A stretch of 64,000 nt of DNA from Mantamonas sphyraenae STR306 (lineage: Eukaryota; Protista; CRuMs), in NCBI GenBank assembly GCA_026936335.1, contig JAPMXV010000026.1:1-64000 (forward strand), read 5' to 3'. The number at the start of each line of letters is the position of its first letter. The stretch's first letter is position 1. A program made the position numbers and the translations under genes. Under the pieces are notes generated by a model, which was not told where the DNA came from, searched no databases, and worked only from the letters and a program-made list of their open reading frames with translations. Below are positions 54,501-64,000 of this stretch, piece after piece.

Positions 54501-54653
54501 CGCTCACGCTCCACGCCCAAACCCACATCCAAGATCTCTACACACGAGCGCACTCAAAATGCACTAGAACAAGGTGCCAGCAGCTCCTCCGCACCCGGTC
54601 TGGGCCATGTCAAGCGACTGCGCACCGATTTTGCGTCGAAATGGTTTGGATGA
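51501..54653 (+). CDS. HFM1: Meiotic crossover helicase MER3/HFM1 (Ski2-like DExH + Sec63 domain), intronless
   Basis: APTGAGKT, DEVH, RGATLEAIVAR, SATIPNIEDI, FGMEYRPVPL, FLFDRNLNYRL, QMCGRAGRPQFD. Confidence 0.9.
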   Translation: MSRREPRRPTTLPRSLADPLGFFNLVGGDENDVEEHDVVQSEGIESSEAPQQPAAFRANRMSGSGSSIAHPPLAIPLAPNMDPSEDIQDADVDDAWTTKDSIKAVDPRISSSTSSSSSSHASLPLPRKYHDLFAFSSLNRMQAECAHTMLHSSGNVVISAPTGAGKTTLFDLAMVSQHMQGKTHARCVYLSPTKALCNERYQDWSKRYGGVLDWKVKQVTGDSEYTGMADLADVDLLVSTPEKFDSLTRAWRQHRAFATSITLLLIDEVHLLGDRRGATLEAIVARTRSIQERTGHTLRIVAVSATIPNIEDIGEWLECPVDGAHVRHFGMEYRPVPLQQVVLGYRPAKSSFLFDRNLNYRLAGVISKYNDGRPALVFCATRKSAVQAAQHLCTEVQLTKTLVHSSQQQQVLLQAVTKVKDHALAECLTHAVAFHSGGLDMGDRRLVERLLSEGHLMVCCTTSTLAMGVNLPAHLVVIKGTQMYKEGKYVEYAEQSVLQMCGRAGRPQFDTTGTVVIMTEEDKQYHYQNLVDGHTKVESSLLSHMVEHLNSEVVNGTIDSARGAERWLQSTFLQVRLRKNPGHYGLHGVNTQQETQRALLEKVRTELGRLGELELLRLVEQEDGDAACSPLPLGRAVARACIAIGTVQQFGRLSAQSDMSTVIGTLCTAREYAGVHLRVSEKRTLNALNAHALMRFPVMEQLKTKTKVGKVKSSANKLRVLLQTVLADIPFPEGSQAGMRNDITQLYTHAHRILGCMVEYLVLHKYASPLRHALLLQACCKRRTWADGPLVLRQLDRVGPVLCRALASASIYDLDSLAQAQPWRIEQVTGRRAPFGAQLVAAAQAVPRYTLHADTSGTVSGTRARITITVRPAVTPASWSNSSAGSRTAKAHADSSVTWARDLALVVSTRTGMLLLHKRLFSRELTTGQENGGVKQYSCAVNLDAESCCNGSNNVDVDILLANLEYLGVDAHAHIGLRVPGLSKRARDEEDVNTAPPAAKRSRSTPKPTSKISTHERTQNALEQGASSSSAPGLGHVKRLRTDFASKWFG

Positions 54654-54655
54654 AA

Positions 54656-57224
<2,569 letters not shown>

Positions 57225-57303
57225 GCGAAAGAAACGACGAGGTGGTTGCTCCGTCAGGGCAAGCACATGCCCATCCACCCCAACGCAACCCCACCACCAA
57301 CCC

Positions 57304-58280
57304 ATGTCTCGCTTTGTTGCTCTTGCGTGCGTGTGTGTGCTCCTGCTGGCTGCCGTGGCCATCGGACAGCAGGAGGAGCTGAAGATTGGCAAGGAGTACG
57401 TGCCCGACGACTGCAGTGTCACCGCAACTCCGGGCGCCTTTGTCCAGGTCCACTACACGGGCAAGCTCGAAGACGGCCGCGTGTTTGACTCCAGCCGCAG
57501 CGAAGGTCGCGAGCCCTTCCGCTTCCAGCTCGGTGCTGGTCAGGTCATCCCAGGTACGTGTGGTTGTTTCCCAAGCCCAACCCCAATGTCGTCATCAAGC
57601 CGCCCCCGTCGTCTCACTGACACAACCCTGTCCCCATCCTCACACACCCATCCTCACCTGTCCACACCTGTCCAGGCTGGGAACAGGGCATCAACGGCAT
57701 GTGTGTCGGGTAAGTTGCACCCATGTGGGACTGGACTGGGTATGACGGGCAGGGTAGGGACGACGCTCACTCTGTGTTTCCCCTCTCGACCCTCTCTTCT
57801 CACAGCGAGCGCCGTACGCTCATCATCCCACACCATCTGGCCTATGGCGAACAGGGCCATGCCAACGTCATCCCGCGTAAGTGAACACGGCCCCGGGCAT
57901 CCAGCGCGGCTCGTTTTTAGTCGCCCATCATGCACAACGCGACTGACCCCAGTTTGGCCCCTGGCCGGCCTGCCTGCCTAGCGCGCGCCACTCTCTTGTT
58001 TGAGGTGGAACTGCTCAACGTGGAAGTGCCGCCGTCGAATCTCATCCCGGCTTTGATGGAGACCTGGCCCTACCTGGCCCTCTTTGTGCTCATGATTGTC
58101 TTTGTCTACCGCATCTACCAGGCCGAGCAGGCTAGCGAGGCCACCAAGGAGCGTCAGGCCGAGATCAACGAGGCAGAGCGCTCGCGTCGCAGTGCCAAGA
58201 AGAAGGCCAAGGCCAACGTGCCCCTCACAGTGGGTCCCAACAAGGGCAAGCGAGGTGGCAAGAAGGCCAAGCGTGCGTGA
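57304..58280 (+). CDS. ER FKBP-type peptidyl-prolyl isomerase with signal peptide, C-terminal TM and basic tail (FKBP11-like); four exons
   Basis: [52 protein letters not shown]; tail ends KKAKRA. Confidence 0.9.
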
Positions 58281-58288
58281 TCAATCCC

Positions 58289-59405
58289 CTACAACTCGTT
58301 TTTGTGCTGTGCCCCGCCTGTCGTCTCTCTCCTCTTTCCTCCTCCCTCTCTTGTCCCTGTGTCTCCTGTATCAGCATTGGAACCGCCTCCCCAGAGCCAC
58401 CCACCATCCTGTTCCACGCCGCCCTTTGCAGCTGCCTGTGCCTCGCCCTCGCCCTCGCCCTCACTGGCAAACAGGATGCTGCCAAAGTTGATGGAACGGA
58501 TGACTGGCAGGCGTCTGCGCAGCACAAATGCCACTGTGGCCGTGAATAGCACCAAGCCCAGCACAAACAGCGCTTTGTCCATGTTCTCGCGCCGGATCAT
58601 CCGTGTCAGCGCATTGCGTGCCCCCTTCATCGCCTGGTGGTATGTGTCGTATTGGCTGTTGGTCTGTTGCAGGCTCTCCGATGAGTCATCTGTTGTGCAT
58701 GCCGTGTCCCCATGGGCACACCTGTGTGTCAAAGACTCTGTACACCTGCTCTGCGCATCCCTCCCGTTTCTCCTCTCTCCCTCTCTGTCTTTTCACTTAC
58801 ACAGCGCCCCAAATGTGTTTTCTCCCCGCCTCAGCTCGTCTGCCATCATCGTGCGTGTCTCTTGCAGCTTGCTGAGAATCGACTGCGCCCTTTTCACCGC
58901 CGCCTGCTGCCCCTGCTTCCGTTGCCTGCTTATCTGTGCCTGCCCCCCTTCCAACAGCTTGCGCCTCTCTTCTGCATACCGCTGTGCCGTGTGTTCCTTG
59001 AGCACGGCGCGTGCCTTGCGCAGCTCGGCCGTCAAACTGACCCCATTTTGCGTTGCCGCCACGTCAGCTCCGCCCTGGCTCTACACACCCTCTCGTCCTT
59101 GCTACTGCCAAAACAACACCACCACCCAACCCCCACTTTCCCACTCACTTGAAATACTCGTCCGAGTGGCTCTGGTACAATTGCATCACCTCCTCGCGCT
59201 CGCTGCGCCGTTTTTGCTCGTACGCCTCCTGCTCCAGCGCTTTGATCAGCCGCGCTAGCTTCTCCAGCTTCCGTGGCACCTGTGCATTCAGCGCATCTGC
59301 TTCCTCCTCCCCACTGCGAGCCAGCTCCTGGATATCTGCGCGGATTTCAATTTCCAGCGCTGCCAGTTCGGTTCGCTTGCTTGTGGATGCAGGTTTGCCT
59401 TTCAT
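58289..59405 (-). CDS. SEC20: SEC20/BNIP1 ER SNARE (three exons)
   Basis: EERRKLL, SNARE-like LQETRTMMADEL..L/DDSS..L, RRENMDK, TM followed by RRRL. Confidence 0.8.
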
Positions 59406-59461
59406 TTCGCTCTGCACTGCTTTGCTCACGCCTGCGCACCTCGGCCCTCTGTGTCTCACGT

Positions 59462-61588
59462 TTACGACGCACGCAGCTGTGCAATCTCCTCAAGCAACTT
59501 CTTGCTCTCTGCGGCATAGTCAAACGGAGTGGCTGTGGTGATGGAGGCCTTGACGCGCGACTGTTCGTTGTACGTCTCCTCCTTTACGCGCATGTTAAAG
59601 ATGTACCTGCGGAACTGGCCAGCCTTGAACTTGTCCTTGAACTTGAGCTCGTCCTGCTCTCTGATCACGGCCAGATCGTCGGCGCTCGTGCCGCCCAGCA
59701 GAAGCTTGCCCGTGTCGTTGAATGCACTCAGCCAGTGCGAGCCAGAGTGATCCAACGCGTTCAGCGACAGCACGTATCGCTTCTCCGACGTCTCGTAGCT
59801 CTGGTCGCAGCTCTCGCAGCGCCACTGGCCGCCGATCTCCACGACCTTTTTGTTGCACGACTCGGATGGGCATGCGTCGTAGTACACACGGTTGTCCGAC
59901 TTGATGAACGCCACCGTGGCATCCACTGTCAGCCAATCGGGCTTCTCGCCTCGTCCCAGGCCCTCCTCCGTGATGGCCGACAGCGTCTTGCGCGCATCGT
60001 TGCGCGCAGGGCCGCGTGCCTCTGTGAGCGAGGTCACCGGCGCCGACGCTCCGCCCGACTGGTACCACGCGGTCAACTCGTGCGCTTCCTTGATGTCCGG
60101 GCTCAGGTGAACGCCTGCTGCGCTCCACACACTCAGCGACACGCCGTTGTAGTCGCTGACCTTGGCCCCCTTGACGCCCATGACCTGGCCCACGGTGCCT
60201 TGAAAGTCCTCTGCCAGGTTGCCCCACATGGTCAACGACACCGTGGTGGACGATTGGTCAATCAACGTCACGTTGCGCCTGCTGGTCTGCGTGCCCTTGC
60301 GTGTCATGAGGCTGGACGATTCACCCACGTCCTTGATGACGCCGATGACGTCAACCGCGCTCTGCGGCTGCTGGTTCTGCAACTTGTCGATGGCCACCAG
60401 GTCAAACTGCACCGTGCCGATGCTCTGGTCGTCCGGCACGAGCTCCACCACCGAGCGGTTGTCCAGCGTCAGCTCGTAGTTGTTGTTCAGCGTGTTGTAC
60501 TGCCTGTTGGCCGGCTTCAATGTGCCCTGACTGATGCGATACACCTGGTTGGGCTGGAACACGTCCTGGAACCTGTCCACCGCCTCGTTGAACATCGTTG
60601 CCTTGATCTCTCCGCCTTCCTTGTCCAGAAGCTCCACACTGAACAGCTTGCCCTCGCCGCGCGCGTTGCTCCAACGGCGCACATCACCTTTCGCTGTCAC
60701 GCGCACCTGGATTGTCCAGTTGTTTTGGTACGGGTTCAGCTGGGCGACGGGAAACACCGGGTTGCCTGCGAGTTGTCCTCCGCCGCTGCTCATCGTCATG
60801 CTGCTGCTGCTGCTGCTGCTGTTTACGCCGCTAAACACGTTGTTGTTGCTTCCGGAGCTCTTGTTGTTGTTGCTGCTGAAGTTCGGCTTCGTTGCAGAAC
60901 TGAGCGATTCCACGCTCATGCTCGAGCCACTCGAGCTTTCCTGCGGTTCGCTCTTTGCCGAGCTGGCCTGTCCAGACTGTGCACTGCCTGAAGTCGATGC
61001 CCCACCAGCCTGCTCCACGTTCACGGGCTTGCCGATGATGTCTGGATAGTCCATCTCGATCACGTCCATCGTCAGAACAATGGCGATTCTTGAGAATCGG
61101 CGCGGTTTTGGCGCCAAAAACACAAGGACCCATCACGCCGCCGTACACATGGTCCACGCACCACACCACACACACGCGCGCGTACACAACACACCAGCAC
61201 ATTTGGAGCACCCATCGCCTGTGTCAGTAGAGGCCCAACGCGTGCGTGCGTCGCCGCCAAAGTTGCAAGGGCGCAAAAATCGGGAACCTCGCTGCCTGAT
61301 CACTCACCGACGGCCGGCAACCACGTTGCACTGATAGTCGCGCAGACGAACGATCGAGCGCACCTTGACCTGTTCGTCAATCACCAGCTTGGTCATCTGC
61401 GAAGCGAGCATTGCCTGCTGGTAGCATGCGCCGTCAGAAATCACAACCCGGTACCGATCGGGCTTGCCCGGCTCTTTGGCCTGGAGTTTGCGGATATCCA
61501 TCACCTGCAGCACGGGCTGCAGCGACGCGCCCGAGGCATTGCCGTCATAGATTTGCCGGATAGCGTCCGAGGTCAGCTGCACGGACAT
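59462..61588 (-). CDS. RPA1: Replication protein A 70-kDa subunit; intron 61307-61089
   Basis: RYRVVISDG, LNPYQNNWTIQVRV, WSNARGEGKLFS, YDACP..CNKKV..WRCESC. Confidence 0.96.
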
Positions 61589-61692
61589 CGATGTGTGGTG
61601 TGTATGTTGGAGGGTTGGTGGCGCCCGCGCTCTCTCCCTCAAGACATCCTCCACCTTTCATTCCGCTCACCCCCAAAACGCACTTTCCGCCC

Positions 61693-62231
61693 ATGAGTTC
61701 CTCATCCTCATCTTTCTCGGAACGAGCCCGTGGCAGAGTCGTCGATCTGGACGATGATGGCTCCTGGACACTTCGACGTACGGCCTGGACGCATGCCTCA
61801 ACAGGCACCATTGTCGACGTCGCCGTCCACAACCTGGACCGTGCGCAAGAGATGATGGTGTGTGGTGTGTGGACACGTTGCATTCCTTCTTTCCGCTCCA
61901 GTTTGCTCGAATTTCAAATCCTGACACTCTCGCCCCGCAACAGCATGCTGTCGACGTCGTCACCAACGGCGGCGAGTATCTGCAGCGCGCAGATACAAAG
62001 GACGTCCAGTGGCTGGAGCAGCCCATGGAGACAGAAGATGTCGGCCCCAGCGGCTCTTTTCGCCACGCCCAATTCGGACGCTACAAGCGACTGCGTGCTC
62101 GTGACGACGACGACAATGACGACAATGACGACGACCATGTTGATGACGACAATGAAAACGACGACGGCGACGATAGCCAGCGCTGGTACGTCGACCATCG
62201 AGAGCAACGCCGACGCAAACAGCGCCGGTGA
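61693..62231 (+). CDS. Small hypothetical protein with acidic then basic C-terminus; probable intron ~61858-61901
   Basis: ATG exon joined by GTGTGT...CCAG to ORF 61860-62231; fills the gap between RPA1 and ASCC1. Confidence 0.5.
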
Positions 62232-62259
62232 GCATGCGGCCATGAGCAGGCTCACAAGT

Positions 62260-63291
62260 TCACGGGAGCACAACCTTGGCCAAAGCGGCGTAGTATCCTC
62301 GTTCGTCGTCCTTTCCCATTGTGGACAGCTCAAATGCACTGATCTTGCCCTTGCCAAAGTCGTAGCCGTCCAGCTGGTCAAACACAGCGGTGGCATCCAC
62401 AGTGCGTGGGCCTTTGCCCTTCCGATACTTTGTGTTGATCAGTGTCGCGTGCATGTTCAACTTGTCGCGCTTCAGATCAGCGCTCGACACCAGGTCGTCC
62501 TCTTCAAACGCGTCTCGGATGCGCTGGATGCACGCCAGCAGCCGTTCGATGTCCTCGCCGCTCTCTTGCGGCTTGGCGTACGCCACGCGCACCTTGCTCA
62601 CATCCTTTTGGAACGACTCGGGTCCTCCGAGCTCCAGGACCACCGAGCGTGTGTTCAACCAGTCGTAGATGGGCAACGAGCGAAGAAGCTCGGCTGCACG
62701 CAGCTGCTCCACCTCTGTGGGCAACTTCAGCAACAGGACAGTGAAGTGGTAGTGTGCCGCCGGCATCAGAATGGTCTCGTCAAACCCGTCCGCCTCGCGG
62801 ATCTCCGTGTTGTCCAGCATTGCCTGCTGGAACTCCAGCATCGGCTCCACAAAGTGCTTGTCCAGCAGCGGGATGGACACAAAGTGGCTGTACCGATCCC
62901 TCTTGCGTGCTTCCTCCAACAGTGCGTCCACTTCCAACTTGGCACCCACCACCGTGGCCAGGTCTTCCCCTTCGATGCTGATCCATTCGTCGCCCGAACC
63001 TCTTCTCGGAATGTTCAGAGTTGCGCCCGTGTTCTGCTCCACCGCCCTTTTGGTTGCCCCTTTGCTCCCAATCAGCTTGCCATGCAGGTTGCTGGCCACC
63101 AATTGCCTCAGCACCACCTTGTCCTCGCTCTCGACCAGTTTGCAGCGCCATGACCGTCGCATCTCCGCCACAACATCGTCGTACTCGTCCTGGGTTGAGT
63201 TTTCACGCGCCTCTTCGCTCTCCACATGCTTCCCCTTGCCTCCACGCTGCTCACGGCCTCGTCCTCGTCCTCTCCCCCCACCACCTCGCCC

Positions 63292-63324
<33 letters not shown>

Positions 63325-63459
63325 TTGCCCATCACCGAGCGACAGAACGCCCGCCTGCACTCCATTGCGCTCCCACCGTGCATGTTGCTCCACGCGTGTC
63401 TTGCGGTACGTGGTGCCCTGCACCTTGACCAGTGTCACTTCAGGCTCTCCAGAGTCCAT
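62260..63459 (-). CDS. ASCC1: Activating signal cointegrator 1 complex subunit 1 (KH + 2H phosphoesterase)
   Basis: KH motif LIGSKGATK..IPRRG, YSHFVSIPL, two HxT motifs (HFT, HATLINTKYR). Confidence 0.9.
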
Positions 63460-63657
63460 GGCTTCCTGTGCGCGAACGGTGTTTTTGCCTTGGCCAAGAC
63501 CCCGCAGCACGCAGCATCCACACACACGCACACACCCACAAAGCGTTGTCCTGACCTCCGTCCAGAATACTGCCACATCCATTCAATGCAACAATGGTGA
63601 GACACTGCAGTCAGGGTGCAGGGCCGCTTGGAAGAGAACCATCACGAGAAACTTCCT

Positions 63658-64000
63658 TCATTGCTGCTCCCCACCGCCGTTTTCTGCCACAAACACACCA
63701 TCGAGGAACGCGCGGATGTCTGAACGCCGTACCAGATTTACACGCACACGCTCACCCGGCTGACCAGCCCCTTGTGGAGCCTGTGCTCGGGACACTTCCG
63801 CCCTGGCCTGCACCTCGTCGACAAAGGCCCCATCCACAACCTCGATGTCACCATCGTTGTCCGCATTCACCTGTGCTGCGCCTTCCTGCTGCTCGGGGAT
63901 GCTGTTTGACATTTGGGATGGATGCCGCAGGGCGAAGCAAACTTTCGCTCCTTCCCCGTCGCATGCGTCACACTGCACTGTTTGCCCTTGCGTTGGCACT
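63658..64000 (-). CDS. 3' end of a gene running off the window
   Basis: Open frame from the window edge to a stop at 63658; no recognisable domain. Confidence 0.45.
   Translation of the reverse strand, partial: VPTQGQTVQCDACDGEGAKVCFALRHPSQMSNSIPEQQEGAAQVNADNDGDIEVVDGAFVDEVQARAEVSRAQAPQGAGQPGERVRVNLVRRSDIRAFLDGVFVAENGGGEQQ

Overview
Left end of a linear eukaryotic chromosome: (CCCTAA)n telomere at 1-155, then an extremely compact, GC-rich protist-type gene array. It holds about 33 protein-coding genes in the standard genetic code, with short GT-AG introns and intergenic gaps often only 2-110 bp. Recognisable genes are an RI-type LRR protein, SMYD, F-BAR-PH, NDRG, URB2, ARM-RPEL, ZCCHC8, TYW3, peptidase S51, STT3-like, VPS53, MORN, GPAT, TBCCD1, UPF0390, CUE-SMR nuclease, NFXL1, ZMAT2, VMP1, MER3/HFM1, katanin p60, FKBP, SEC20, RPA1 and ASCC1. 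The main candidates for novelty are: (1) a telomere-adjacent tandem family of putative nuclear proteins built from an unrecognised ~170-aa domain (six copies, A-B-A-B plus A-B) whose differences cluster in the same patches; (2) a C-over-G strand skew that ignores gene orientation, matches the telomeric C-strand and shapes proteins and introns; (3) an STT3 paralogue that has lost its catalytic motifs; (4) a SAP-SAP-VMP1 fusion; (5) a head-to-head pair of paralogous four-TM proteins. All family calls come from reading motifs by eye. No database search was run, and exon boundaries are inferred from splice motifs and frame continuity.
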